This document shows positions 54,742 to 64,000 of a stretch of 64,000 bases of DNA, piece by piece. The translations under genes and the position numbers were made by a program. Position 1 is the first letter of the stretch. Every line of letters starts with the position of its first letter. The notes under the pieces are model-generated. The model searched no databases. It was not told where the DNA came from and saw nothing but the letters and a program-made list of their open reading frames with translations. Source of the DNA: Bacteroidia bacterium (GTDB lineage Bacteria > Bacteroidota > Bacteroidia > NS11-12g > UBA955); the NCBI GenBank assembly GCA_040403495.1, contig JBBAKM010000005.1, positions 23,677 through 87,676 on the forward strand. Direction: 5' to 3'.

Positions 54742-55967
54742 TTCAAGCGAAAGCGTACTGGAAAAATTATAACTTCTTAACTGTATTCGCTTTCTTTAGC
54801 TTCTTGTTTTTGGCTTCTTTGATAGATGACAAAGCAATGGGTTACGACGTTTCTCTGTTCGTGAAATGGGCGCAAGCTATAAAAATGAACGGTATTTCAC
54901 TGATTTATCAGCCCGAAAATACTGTTGATTATCTCCCCGGTTTTTTATACGTTCTTCAAATTTATACGTGGTTTGTAAACGATGTTAATGCCATTCCTCA
55001 AACAATTCACTTTGTCAAATTGGTCCCTCTGTTTTTTGAAATACTTGCGATTTTGTTAATGTGCAGTTTCCTTAAAACGAAAATTCAACAAACATTTTTC
55101 TTCTGCCTAGGAGCATTTAATGTTGCCTACTTTTACAATACTATGTCATGGTTTCAAATTGACGGTTGGGTGGCTAGTATGATGTTTTTTTCTGTGTTTG
55201 CTGCCCTTAATAATCGTCTTTTGGGGTCCTTGCTTTTGTTTGTCCTTGCCGTAAATATCAAATTTCAAGCTATTATTGTTTTACCCGTTCTTGGTTTGTA
55301 TTGGTTAAGTCAAATTAAAACATTCAAACAACTACTGTCTGCAATCATGATTGTTGTGGTTTCTGAACTGCTCATTTTATCTCCTTTTTTAATCAATGGT
55401 TCTGCCTCGGTCGTTTTTCAAAATGTGTTTAATACTTATAATCTTTTCCCTTATGTGAGTCTAAATGCCCGCAATTTTTGGATGCTTATTGTGGAAAATC
55501 CTAGGTTCTTGGATGATAGTAATCTATTGGGATTTTTACCATACAAAACATGGGGATTGATTCTGTTTTCTGTAAGTAGTTTACTTGTCATTATCCCAAT
55601 AGTAATGGTCTTGTTTAAACAAGGAATTAAAGATAAAGCCAAATCTCAAATGCTTGTTCTATCGAGTGTGTTGGCTTGTTTCTACTTTTTTTATTTTAAT
55701 ACTCAAATGCACGAAAGATACATTCATTATGCCTTCCCATTTGTGATGTATTATTCATTTAGATATAAAACACTAGGCCTATACCTTGTATTCTCGATTG
55801 CTAGTTTTTTGAATCTTGAATCGTTATTGTTTAATCTTAATTATTGGGATACCAATAGTATTTTGATGTCTCACCGCTTCATAACCATCTTGTTTACCAT
55901 AGCGGTTCTGTTATTTAGTATAAAATGGGTTCAATTTGTTAAATCTACACTTACTAATAAAGCGTGA
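54738..55967 (+). CDS. Multi-pass membrane protein, GT-C-fold glycosyltransferase-like
   Basis: It has about 11 TM helices and an acidic first loop, LIDDKAMGYD. Its ATG overlaps the cphA stop (ATGA). Confidence 0.45.
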   Translation: MIQAKAYWKNYNFLTVFAFFSFLFLASLIDDKAMGYDVSLFVKWAQAIKMNGISLIYQPENTVDYLPGFLYVLQIYTWFVNDVNAIPQTIHFVKLVPLFFEILAILLMCSFLKTKIQQTFFFCLGAFNVAYFYNTMSWFQIDGWVASMMFFSVFAALNNRLLGSLLLFVLAVNIKFQAIIVLPVLGLYWLSQIKTFKQLLSAIMIVVVSELLILSPFLINGSASVVFQNVFNTYNLFPYVSLNARNFWMLIVENPRFLDDSNLLGFLPYKTWGLILFSVSSLLVIIPIVMVLFKQGIKDKAKSQMLVLSSVLACFYFFYFNTQMHERYIHYAFPFVMYYSFRYKTLGLYLVFSIASFLNLESLLFNLNYWDTNSILMSHRFITILFTIAVLLFSIKWVQFVKSTLTNKA

Positions 55968-57370
55968 AAAGGTTTGTATTAAATAAAGGTCCACTACTCT
56001 TGTTGATAGTAACTATAGCTATTGTTATTTATTTGCAATTTTACCACTTGGGTCATTTGCCCATTATCCAATGGGATGAGTCGAGATTGGCGAACAATGC
56101 CGTGGAAATGTATTTGAATAAGTCTTATTTAATTACAACTTATGACCAAAAGCCTGACCTGTGGAATACCAAACCACCCTTTATGATTTGGCTTCAAGTT
56201 GCTTCAATCTCTGTATGGGGAATGAACGAGTTTGCGGTTCGATTTCCCTCCGCTTTGGCAGGTTTAATTGGTGTTTTATTGCTTGGGTTCTGGGTTTTTA
56301 AGTTGTCAAATTCATACATTTGGGCTTCTGTTTCTATGCTGTTGTTGGCTACAACTGGCGGATATATGCAGTTGCACGGAAGCATAACTGGCGACTATGA
56401 CGCTCTTTTGACTTGTATGATTCTACTGTCTGTTTATTGTTATTGTCAATATTATTTTATGAATCAACAAAAGGCCTATTATGGATTCATCGTTTTCTTG
56501 GCTTTGTCTGTCATGGCCAAAAGTGCCGCAGGAATAATGGTCTTCCCTCTGTTTGCATTAATGCCTCTTGCCAAAAAACAATTCCATATATTTTTAAAAC
56601 TGTTGATTGCTATGCTTGTTGCACTTATACCCTTTTTGTTGTTTTGTTTTTTAAGGGAAATGGCAAATTCTGGCTTTATCAAACAAATGCTTTTTAATGA
56701 TTTTGGAGGGCGCTATACCACTGCCATGGAGGGCCATAGACATGAATGGTATTATTATATTCAAAATTTAATAACAGAGCGTTACCACTATTTTGTGTTT
56801 TTTCTTGTTCCTGCTTTCGTTTATTTAGCGTTTAAACCGCACCCTGTAATGCGGTTTTTAGCTTTGTTTCTGTCAGGGTTTTTGCTCATAATAAGTTTGG
56901 CTACTACCAAAATTCATTGGTATGATATGCCCGTTTTGCCTATTATTACGCTTTTAATTGTTCTGTTTTTGATTCAAATTCAGACTTTGATTAAGCAAGC
57001 TTTTGTCAAACAAAGTTTTGTTGTCCTCGTTCTATTGGCAATCATACCTCTTGTTCGCGATAAGTATGAGTTTATTACACATTACAAGAATTTCCCTCTG
57101 TCGTTCGATCATTACGAGTTGAGTGAATACCTCAGAGATTACAAAGGGGAGGAGTCTTTGCATTATTTTTCGCTTGACTATGATCCAGAATATTTCTTTT
57201 ATGCGCAAACCATGTCAACGATTAAAAAAGGGGAGCAAAAGGGGTTTGATAAAGGAGATAAAGTTGTTTTTAAGCAATGTATAGAGAAAGAGTTTGAGTC
57301 TCTTTATAACTACGAAATATTGGAAGTTTACAAAGGTGTAAAATGCGTTAGAGTCTTGTCCGTAAAGTAG
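55964..57370 (+). CDS. ArnT/PMT_2-type (GT39/GT83-like) polyprenyl-phosphate-sugar-dependent membrane glycosyltransferase
   Basis: The first-loop motif is IIQWDESRLANNAVEM. It has more than 10 TM helices. Its GTG start overlaps the upstream stop (GTGA). Confidence 0.6.
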   Translation: MKRFVLNKGPLLLLIVTIAIVIYLQFYHLGHLPIIQWDESRLANNAVEMYLNKSYLITTYDQKPDLWNTKPPFMIWLQVASISVWGMNEFAVRFPSALAGLIGVLLLGFWVFKLSNSYIWASVSMLLLATTGGYMQLHGSITGDYDALLTCMILLSVYCYCQYYFMNQQKAYYGFIVFLALSVMAKSAAGIMVFPLFALMPLAKKQFHIFLKLLIAMLVALIPFLLFCFLREMANSGFIKQMLFNDFGGRYTTAMEGHRHEWYYYIQNLITERYHYFVFFLVPAFVYLAFKPHPVMRFLALFLSGFLLIISLATTKIHWYDMPVLPIITLLIVLFLIQIQTLIKQAFVKQSFVVLVLLAIIPLVRDKYEFITHYKNFPLSFDHYELSEYLRDYKGEESLHYFSLDYDPEYFFYAQTMSTIKKGEQKGFDKGDKVVFKQCIEKEFESLYNYEILEVYKGVKCVRVLSVK

Positions 57371-57450
57371 GAAATTCAAAAATATACCAAACGTTAGTTG
57401 TTTATTCTAACTTGCCATCCCTATTAGATTTGAATCTAGCCTTCAGTTTG

Positions 57451-58542
57451 TTAAAAAGGGTTTTTATATTTAGGGTTGTTGATGAACTCTGTGTCTGTTA
57501 AGCTTTTCAAAAAGGCAATTAAATCCTCTTTTTCCTGCTGACTTAAGTTAAGTTGAGCATCGTGAGCCGAAATATTAATATCCAAATTTGGAGAATCGAA
57601 ATTCATGCCATCTGAATAAAAATCAATAACATCCTCAAGTGTTGCAAAACGTCCATCATGCATGTATGGCGCCGTTAATTCTACATTTCTTAACGAAGGA
57701 ATCTTGAATTTACCTTCATCAGTAGGTTTGCCTGTTATTCTTCCTAAGCCTTTGTCTGTAAATACACTGCTTAATCCATTATTCGCCATTGAGCCATTAA
57801 GACTTGTATTGCCAAAAAATGGGATGTTACTATGGCAATGAAAACAGTCTGCACCACCATCTTCTACAGGTTTCATGAATAAGTTTAAACCCCTCAGTGC
57901 AGATGCATCAATTACGTTGAGTGTGTCAGTGCGTCCAAACAGTTGGTCTATTTTTGAGTTAAATGAAACAATACTTACCATAAACTGTTCAAGTGCCTTG
58001 GTAATTTCGACCGGAGAAATTTCCGAAGTGTTAAAGACTTTTTTGAATAATGGCGCATATCTTTCTGATTTTTTAAGTCGAATACTTAAGTCATAAAAGT
58101 TCATGTCCATTTCATCGTGTGCCTGAATTGGAATTAATAATTGTTCTCTTAAGGTAAGTGCTCTTCCATCCCAAAAAAATCTATTTTGCCACATTAAATT
58201 AAATAATGGCATTGAGTTTCTTGGGCTTAATTGTCCCCTTATGCCTTTGCTAAAACGAGTGCTTTGTGCAAATGCCCTGTTTTGGAAGTGACACGAATTG
58301 CACGAAATAGTACTGTCTAATGATAACAGCGGGTCATAGAACAACATCCTTCCAAGTAAAACGCCCTCCTCTGTCAAAGGATTGTTACTCGGAAGACGCA
58401 AAGGAGGAAATCCAGCCTTAGTCTCTATGATATAAGGAGTTAATGAAGTTTCATCTAATAATTCAGGGTCTTTTTGGCAACTTTTGAATCCAATTGCCAA
58501 TACCAATAAAACGATACTTAATATTACTTTTTTAACCATCAC
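57451..58542 (-). CDS. mbnH: Di-haem cytochrome c peroxidase family protein (MauG/MbnH-like)
   Basis: It has two CxxCH motifs (CNSCH, CFHCH) and the CCP-type segment PSLRNVELTAPYMHDG. The gene symbol is tentative. Confidence 0.75.
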   Translation of the reverse strand: MMVKKVILSIVLLVLAIGFKSCQKDPELLDETSLTPYIIETKAGFPPLRLPSNNPLTEEGVLLGRMLFYDPLLSLDSTISCNSCHFQNRAFAQSTRFSKGIRGQLSPRNSMPLFNLMWQNRFFWDGRALTLREQLLIPIQAHDEMDMNFYDLSIRLKKSERYAPLFKKVFNTSEISPVEITKALEQFMVSIVSFNSKIDQLFGRTDTLNVIDASALRGLNLFMKPVEDGGADCFHCHSNIPFFGNTSLNGSMANNGLSSVFTDKGLGRITGKPTDEGKFKIPSLRNVELTAPYMHDGRFATLEDVIDFYSDGMNFDSPNLDINISAHDAQLNLSQQEKEDLIAFLKSLTDTEFINNPKYKNPF

Positions 58543-59303
58543 TCAAACGTATTAAACTCGAAAATGCCTGAATTGTTTTGAATAAATAAATCCATTATTG
58601 GGTCGTTATTGCCAGAGTGTGACATCTTACCATTAGTTTTTAAACTGTATTTAATCTGATTGTCAAAGTATTTATTTGCTTGAATTTTGAATTTCATGCT
58701 CGAATTTTGGGTAATAGTATAGTCTGTAACAAAAGCATGAGTTCTTGCATATTTGGGGGTGGCTATGTGAAATGAAAATCCGCCAGATTTGCCATTGTTT
58801 AGAAAATAGCCTTCTACCACATTGAAAATATATCCACCTGTCCATCCCCAATGCATTTCAGTTAATGAAGGGCTCAAAGGATGGTCTAGTGGCCACTGCG
58901 CTGGATTGCCAAAGTTAACAGCGGAATCTAATCCTACAAAAAATCTAATAGCCTTGTATTGACCCTTAGGGACATTTATTAAAACCACACTTTTGCGCCC
59001 TTCTGCTATACTTAAATAAGCATATTGATCGCTCAATTTGGTTTCAATGTTATTTTGGTCAATTAATGTGAAATTAGAAATAATGTACTTCAATTTATCA
59101 AATTGAATGGAATCATTCGAGCCTGTAATGTATTGTTTGCCAAATTCTAAAGGCGCAGCATCAAAGTAGGCGTCAAAATTAATTGTAAGTTCTACTTTGG
59201 TTTCCTCGGGTAATTGAGGCGGTTCATCATCGTCGTTTTCACAACTGCTTAAAATGATGCTTAACATTAATGTTAAATAAAGGATTGGTTTTAAAGATTT
59301 CAT
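58539..59303 (-). CDS. mbnP: MbnP-like periplasmic lipoprotein, partner of the di-haem peroxidase
   Basis: The lipobox is ILSSC. It is ~250 aa. The EMHWGWTGGYIFNVVEG segment matches my recollection of the MbnP family. It overlaps the peroxidase gene by 4 nt. The gene symbol is tentative. Confidence 0.5.
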   Translation of the reverse strand: MKSLKPILYLTLMLSIILSSCENDDDEPPQLPEETKVELTINFDAYFDAAPLEFGKQYITGSNDSIQFDKLKYIISNFTLIDQNNIETKLSDQYAYLSIAEGRKSVVLINVPKGQYKAIRFFVGLDSAVNFGNPAQWPLDHPLSPSLTEMHWGWTGGYIFNVVEGYFLNNGKSGGFSFHIATPKYARTHAFVTDYTITQNSSMKFKIQANKYFDNQIKYSLKTNGKMSHSGNNDPIMDLFIQNNSGIFEFNTFE

Positions 59304-59307
59304 AAGG

Positions 59308-61233
59308 TTATATTTTAATTATTTTTTTATTTACTATTCTATTGTCCGATGTTCTAATTCTAAGGATATAGGTTCCCTCTGCGTAATTAGAAGCATCTAT
59401 TTTTATTAAATCTGAATTAGTATTCTTATTCACACCGCTAAGTTCGCTTTTTATTATTGATTTGCCAATGATATCGGTCAGTTCCCATTCCGTTATTTGA
59501 ACGTCGGAGGTGAAGAAAAATTCAGTTTTAAACGGATTGGGATACAGAGTAAAATCCGAAGATTGGTCAAGCGGAAACTTGATGTTTGTTTTCCCCAATG
59601 TGGCAAAGAAAGGGTCAAAGCTAACGGACTTAACTTTAAATGGTATTTGATAACTTGCACGGAAGTTTGCCTCATTTACAGGAATTCTAAGCAAGCTGTC
59701 TTTGTCATTCCCTCGAACAAGTAAAGGGAGGTCAATGTTAAATAAATCAACACTTGAATGGCTTTGCAATTGTGAAATGTCAATGTTTAATTGTTCGCCT
59801 TTTTGTATCCAAGTTATGTCGTAAATTGGATATCCTTCGCCATATACCCAATCATCAAAATAATCTGTTAAATCAGTGTTTGAGTTTTTTTCTAAATAGT
59901 ATTTCAAATGACTTTGTCTCGAAAAATTATAACTCAATTGTGAGTCATTAATGTATTCTTTTAAACTATTGAAAAAGGCCTCATCGCCTATTACCCAGCG
60001 TAATTGATGAAGTATCATAGCCCCTTTTTGGTAAGTTGTTCTGTACTCAAATAATCGGTTTACATTGACAGTGTCGTAGGCATAAACAGAACCATTCGGG
60101 AAACGCATAACGTCCTCGCCGAATTTTTTTAAATTCTGATACCACTCTGTTTTGCTTTCTAAAAATTCATAACATATCAAATTTAAATAGGTCGCAAAAC
60201 CTTCATTAAGCCATAATTCTTTCCAACTGCCACAGGTTACTTTATCGCCAAACCATTGGTGCGCCAACTCATGTGCTATTAAATCATAATTGAAATTAGA
60301 CATAAAACTCATGGTTTGATGTTCCATGCCGCCGCCCCAAGTGAATTGAGCATGACCGTATAATTCTTTGTGAAATGGGTATGTGCCAAATAAACTGTCA
60401 AATAAACGCATCATCTTCACCGTTTCTAGTGTCTTGTTTTGATTGTCTATAAGATTGTTATGAGGAAATGCATAATTGACTATGTCTAGATTTTGATTGA
60501 TGGAGGGTAAAAAAGCTGTTTGCGTGTATTTGTCGTATTTTGCCGCTGCAATGGCAACTAAATAAGTGGCAACAGGATATCTGTGTTTGAACAAAAAGGT
60601 CTGTTTATTCCCAATTGTTTTTTGTGAAATTAGTAGTCCGTTTGAAACAGCTATATAAGGTGTGTCCACAGTTAATTCTATGTCTATGGAATCAATCTTG
60701 TCTTTTAAGTTTTCAAAACAAGGCCACCAATAATGAGCGCCATAAGGTTGTGACAACGTGGCTATGTTAGGCCCACTAACGGTAACACTTCTAAAATAGG
60801 CCCTCGAACTCATGTTAGGTGCTCCTTGGTAATGGATTTTAATGGAATCCTTTTGATTGGCAGATAATGTAGTGCCCAAAGGAATAATTAATTGATGTGA
60901 ATTGGTGTGCGAAAAAGACATTTTCTGCCCCCTAAACAAAACACTGTCAACCGTTAATTCTCTTCTTAAATCAAAGGTAATACTGGAAATAGGGGTAGGA
61001 CTGCTGAAATGGTGATTGGCAAAGGCTGAAATAATTCTGCCATTGTTCAAATTAGGTTGTATTGACAATTGAACAAAATGAACATCCAACGGTATTGTTT
61101 GATTCCGCTTTTGGTTTAATTTGAAGTTATAATAATGTTTCATTTCTTGTTTGGCAATACTTTCTAAATCAAGCTGTGAGTAGCTTTTGTTAATAAGACA
61201 AACAAATAATAAAAACGTTGCAAAGTGTCGCAT
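59308..61233 (-). CDS. M1-family zinc aminopeptidase with a T9SS C-terminal sorting domain
   Basis: It carries GGMEHQT, HELAHQWFGD and WLNEGFATY. The CTD is LYPNPFKTEFFF...GTYILRIRT. Confidence 0.9.
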   Translation of the reverse strand: MRHFATFLLFVCLINKSYSQLDLESIAKQEMKHYYNFKLNQKRNQTIPLDVHFVQLSIQPNLNNGRIISAFANHHFSSPTPISSITFDLRRELTVDSVLFRGQKMSFSHTNSHQLIIPLGTTLSANQKDSIKIHYQGAPNMSSRAYFRSVTVSGPNIATLSQPYGAHYWWPCFENLKDKIDSIDIELTVDTPYIAVSNGLLISQKTIGNKQTFLFKHRYPVATYLVAIAAAKYDKYTQTAFLPSINQNLDIVNYAFPHNNLIDNQNKTLETVKMMRLFDSLFGTYPFHKELYGHAQFTWGGGMEHQTMSFMSNFNYDLIAHELAHQWFGDKVTCGSWKELWLNEGFATYLNLICYEFLESKTEWYQNLKKFGEDVMRFPNGSVYAYDTVNVNRLFEYRTTYQKGAMILHQLRWVIGDEAFFNSLKEYINDSQLSYNFSRQSHLKYYLEKNSNTDLTDYFDDWVYGEGYPIYDITWIQKGEQLNIDISQLQSHSSVDLFNIDLPLLVRGNDKDSLLRIPVNEANFRASYQIPFKVKSVSFDPFFATLGKTNIKFPLDQSSDFTLYPNPFKTEFFFTSDVQITEWELTDIIGKSIIKSELSGVNKNTNSDLIKIDASNYAEGTYILRIRTSDNRIVNKKIIKI

Positions 61234-61305
61234 GTATTTAATATTAACAAAAATAATATAAAAATATCATTTTTTTGGTAACAAATGTTGCAACTTTGCG
61301 CCCTA

Positions 61306-62490
61306 ATGAGTCATTATCCTATAATACATTTAAAATCAGGTAAAGAAAAATCACTTCAAAGGTCTCATCCTTGGGTTTTTAGTGGTGCTTTGCATGAGGA
61401 TTTTAAGCAATTTCCTGAAGGTTCTATAGTTCGAGTTCTTGATAATAAAAACAATTATTTGGCAACTGGTTATATTCAATATGGTAGTATTGCTGTTAGA
61501 GTTTTAAGTTTTTTTGATGAAATTATTGATGCTGAATTTTGGATTAAAACATTCCAAAATAGTTTCAACTTAAGAGAGTCTATTGGTTTAATTGATTCCA
61601 AAATAACCAATTGTTACCGTTTAATCCATGGGGAAGGGGATGGAATTCCTGGTTTAATAGTCGATTTTTACAATGGAGTTGCCGTTATTCAGTGCCATAC
61701 TTCGGGCATTTACTATCAGTTGGACCTAATTCAAAATGCCATTCAAACAGTTTTAGGTTCTAGAGTTGACGCTATTTTTAATAAAAGCAAAGAAACATTG
61801 CATGGGGCTATTCCTGATATTGAAAATTCGTGCTTGTGGGGTTCTGCCGACAATAGAATTGTTCTAGAAAATAATATCAAATTTAAAGTGGATTGGACCA
61901 CAGGTCAAAAAACAGGCTTTTTCCTCGACCAAAGAGATAACCGAACTTTATTAGGGAGCTATTCTAAAAATAAAAAAGTACTTAATACGTTTGCTTACAC
62001 CGGAGGTTTTTCTGTGTACGCACTAATGAATGGTGCAAGTCATGTTGATTCTGTTGATGTGTCCAAAACCGCTATTGACCTCCTGAAACAAAACATGGAT
62101 TTAAATGCTCCTGAAGCAAATAATCACCAAGCTGAAGCCAAAGATACTTTCGTGTTTTTTAAGGAACATGAAGATTTATATGATATCTTGGTGTTAGATC
62201 CTCCTGCGTTTGCTAAAAATATAGGGGCTCGTCACAATGCCTTAATGGGATACAAAAGGTTAAATATGGAAGGGATTAAGAAGGTAAAAAAAGGAGGACT
62301 TTTGTTTACGTTTAGTTGCTCTCAGGTTGTTGATAGTTTGCAGTTTAATCAAATAATAATGTCTGCCGCTATTGAATCAAAAAGAAAAGTTAAGGTTATA
62401 CACAGATTGACACAACCTGCCGACCATCCTGTTAATATATTTCATCCAGAAGGGGAGTATTTGAAAGGATTAGTTTTATATATCGATTAA
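61306..62490 (+). CDS. rlmI: Class I SAM-dependent rRNA (m5C) methyltransferase, RlmI-like
   Basis: It begins IHLKSGKEKSLQRSHPWVF (PUA-like N-terminus) and carries VLDPPAF. An alternative ATG lies at 61285. Confidence 0.75.
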   Translation: MSHYPIIHLKSGKEKSLQRSHPWVFSGALHEDFKQFPEGSIVRVLDNKNNYLATGYIQYGSIAVRVLSFFDEIIDAEFWIKTFQNSFNLRESIGLIDSKITNCYRLIHGEGDGIPGLIVDFYNGVAVIQCHTSGIYYQLDLIQNAIQTVLGSRVDAIFNKSKETLHGAIPDIENSCLWGSADNRIVLENNIKFKVDWTTGQKTGFFLDQRDNRTLLGSYSKNKKVLNTFAYTGGFSVYALMNGASHVDSVDVSKTAIDLLKQNMDLNAPEANNHQAEAKDTFVFFKEHEDLYDILVLDPPAFAKNIGARHNALMGYKRLNMEGIKKVKKGGLLFTFSCSQVVDSLQFNQIIMSAAIESKRKVKVIHRLTQPADHPVNIFHPEGEYLKGLVLYID

Positions 62491-62494
62491 GGAA

Positions 62495-63661
62495 ATGAGT
62501 ACAGAAAAACAATTTAAAATGGTGGCAAAAACAATCTTCGGTTTCGAGGAATTGGCTATGCAAGAACTTAAAGAGCTAGGTGCCGCTAATATAGAAAAAG
62601 GATTAAGAGCTGTAACTTTCGAAGGCGATATGGGCTTTATGTACAAAGCGAATTTGTCTTGTAGAACGGTTGTTAAAATATTAAAACCAATTCTTGAATT
62701 CAGCGCTTTTACTGAAAAAAGTTTATACGATGGGATTAGGAAAATAGAATGGGATACCATTTTTAATCTAAACCAAACTTTTGCCATTGATGCAACGGTG
62801 CATTCTGAATATTTTACCCATTCTTTGTTTGCCTCTCAAAAAATGAAGGACGCCATTGTTGACCAATTTCGAGATAAATACAATGAAAGACCAAGTGTAA
62901 ATGTAAAAAATCCTGATATTCAGTTAAATATACATATTAAGGAGCATTTAGTAACAGTTTCGTTGGATAGCTCAGGAGAATCATTGAACAAAAGAGGATA
63001 CAGAATGGAAACCAATGTGGCGCCAATAAATGAAGTGCTCGCCGCAGGTTTGGTTATTATGTCTCAATGGGATACCCATGTGCCTCTGCTCGATCCTATG
63101 TGTGGTAGTGGAACCATTTTGATAGAAGCAGCTATGATTGCCAATAATATTCCACCAAGTATTAACCGTAGTTTTTTTAACTTTATGAATTGGAACGACT
63201 TTGATAAACCTCTATTTGAGAAGATTAAAGACAATTTAGCTCAAAAAATAAAACATAATCCTGTTAAAATAATGGGTTACGACAAAGACCAATCTGTGTT
63301 AGAAAAGGCTGAGGCAACCATACAGAAAGCAGGACTTTCTAAATACATTGAACTGAAACAAATGAACTTTTTTCAATCAAAGAAAACTGTAGAAGGACCA
63401 TTGTTTTTGATTTTTAATCCGCCGTATAATGAGCGTATTGATATAGAAACGGAAACATTTTACAAGTCAATTGGTGATACGTTTAAGAAAAACTACCCCG
63501 GTACAACTGCATGGTTTGTAACTGCAAATTTGGAAGGATTGAAACATGTAGGTTTGAAAGCAAGTCGAAGAATTGTCGTAGCTAATGGGCAACTTGAAGG
63601 GCGATTTGCCAAATATGAAATTTATGAGGGAACAAAGAAGTTTGTTCGCACGGAAGAATAA
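62495..63661 (+). CDS. THUMP-domain class I SAM-dependent RNA methyltransferase (RlmL/K N-terminal type)
   Basis: It has a THUMP-like N-terminus, DPMCGSGTILIEA (SAM motif I) and FNPPYNERI (NPPY). Confidence 0.8.
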   Translation: MSTEKQFKMVAKTIFGFEELAMQELKELGAANIEKGLRAVTFEGDMGFMYKANLSCRTVVKILKPILEFSAFTEKSLYDGIRKIEWDTIFNLNQTFAIDATVHSEYFTHSLFASQKMKDAIVDQFRDKYNERPSVNVKNPDIQLNIHIKEHLVTVSLDSSGESLNKRGYRMETNVAPINEVLAAGLVIMSQWDTHVPLLDPMCGSGTILIEAAMIANNIPPSINRSFFNFMNWNDFDKPLFEKIKDNLAQKIKHNPVKIMGYDKDQSVLEKAEATIQKAGLSKYIELKQMNFFQSKKTVEGPLFLIFNPPYNERIDIETETFYKSIGDTFKKNYPGTTAWFVTANLEGLKHVGLKASRRIVVANGQLEGRFAKYEIYEGTKKFVRTEE

Positions 63662-63694
63662 TAAACTCTTTTTTAGGAGTATTTAATAAGGCGT

Positions 63695-64000
63695 TTACTT
63701 ACTAAAAGGATGCTCAATGCTGTATTTTTCGGACAAAGTAATCAAATCGTTTGTTACATTCGAAATAATAGGGATTCCCTCGTTTTTACGAACTTTTTTG
63801 AATTCAATTTCAGGTTCTCCGTGTATGATGATTTCTTGATCTGAGTTTTTTCTTTCAGCATTCTTAAATCTTAAAATCCACTGATCCATTCTTTGCTTGA
63901 ATTCAGTCTTGTCAATAAAGCCATCAACATCCATAGCTCCCAAAAAGTGACCAATCCCTTTGCCCGGTAAATCGGGCAGTACAGGTAAAAAAGAAACAAA
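63695..64000 (-). CDS. Ldh_2-family (malate/L-lactate dehydrogenase-like) oxidoreductase; only the C-terminal part is in the window
   Basis: The frame is open to nt 64000. The sequence ...LPDLPGKGIGHFLGAMDVDGFIDKTEFKQRMDQ is typical of Ldh_2 C-termini. Confidence 0.6.
   Translation of the reverse strand, partial: FVSFLPVLPDLPGKGIGHFLGAMDVDGFIDKTEFKQRMDQWILRFKNAERKNSDQEIIIHGEPEIEFKKVRKNEGIPIISNVTNDLITLSEKYSIEHPFSK

Noticed and set aside
1-64000. A search by eye for tRNA, rRNA, tmRNA and CRISPR arrays across all intergenic regions.
   Set aside because: No T-loop/acceptor-type motifs (GGTTCGAATCC-like) and no spaced repeat arrays were seen, so none is reported. tRNAscan, Infernal or minCED would be needed to be definitive.

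Overview
This is a low-GC chromosomal segment from a Bacteroidota organism, probably Flavobacteriia-like. The support is four proteins with T9SS type-A C-terminal sorting domains, many lipobox lipoproteins, TAnnTTTG-type -7 boxes and a typical Bacteroidetes gene set. All family calls come from motif recognition by eye, because no searches could be run.

**Layout**
- **1-18.1 kb:** a beta-1,3-glucan (laminarin-type) utilisation locus. It holds a T9SS-secreted CBM-repeat protein and a transmembrane propeller/Y_Y_Y/LuxR regulator. A 13.4-kb operon follows: clan GH-A domain fused to a porin-like C-terminal region, SGBP-like lipoprotein, GH16, a 1150-aa cytoplasmic GH149/GH94-like phosphorylase candidate, GH17, GH30 and a GPH/MFS symporter. 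No SusC/SusD pair lies inside the window.
- **18.1-28 kb:** a haem-motif VCBS/FG-GAP lipoprotein, then a tightly overlapping minus-strand operon (BatA-like, degenerate dihydroorotase-like, DUF4199-like, GT2, GT4), then a 4xFAS1 T9SS protein.
- **28.3-40.9 kb:** fumC followed by an ~11-kb accessory block with every gene on the minus strand.
  - The last 117 nt of fumC plus its terminator are duplicated 3.8 kb downstream and bracket two cassettes: a very AT-rich orphan toxin/immunity-like pair, and an OMP plus lipoprotein pair.
  - The cassettes are interspersed with a hairpin repeat family (GTGGTTGGTC-N24-GACCAACCAC) that I do not recognise.
  - Beyond the duplicate lie an HExxH membrane protein and two paralogous Cys-rich lipoproteins. 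Each lipoprotein gene is preceded by a conserved, overlapping 37-codon lipoprotein-signal-like small ORF.
  - The block ends with an ~890-aa orphan T9SS cargo and a tail-fibre-like protein.
  - No integrase, transposase, tRNA, rRNA or CRISPR array was seen anywhere in the window.
- **40.9-64 kb:** mostly housekeeping genes (acyl-CoA carboxyltransferase, S8 peptidase, SppA, purB, OmpA/TolB-like, MsrA, TPK, RNA methyltransferases). Two clusters stand out: cphA translationally coupled to two GT-C-like membrane proteins, and an M1 peptidase-MbnP-like-MbnH-like cluster.
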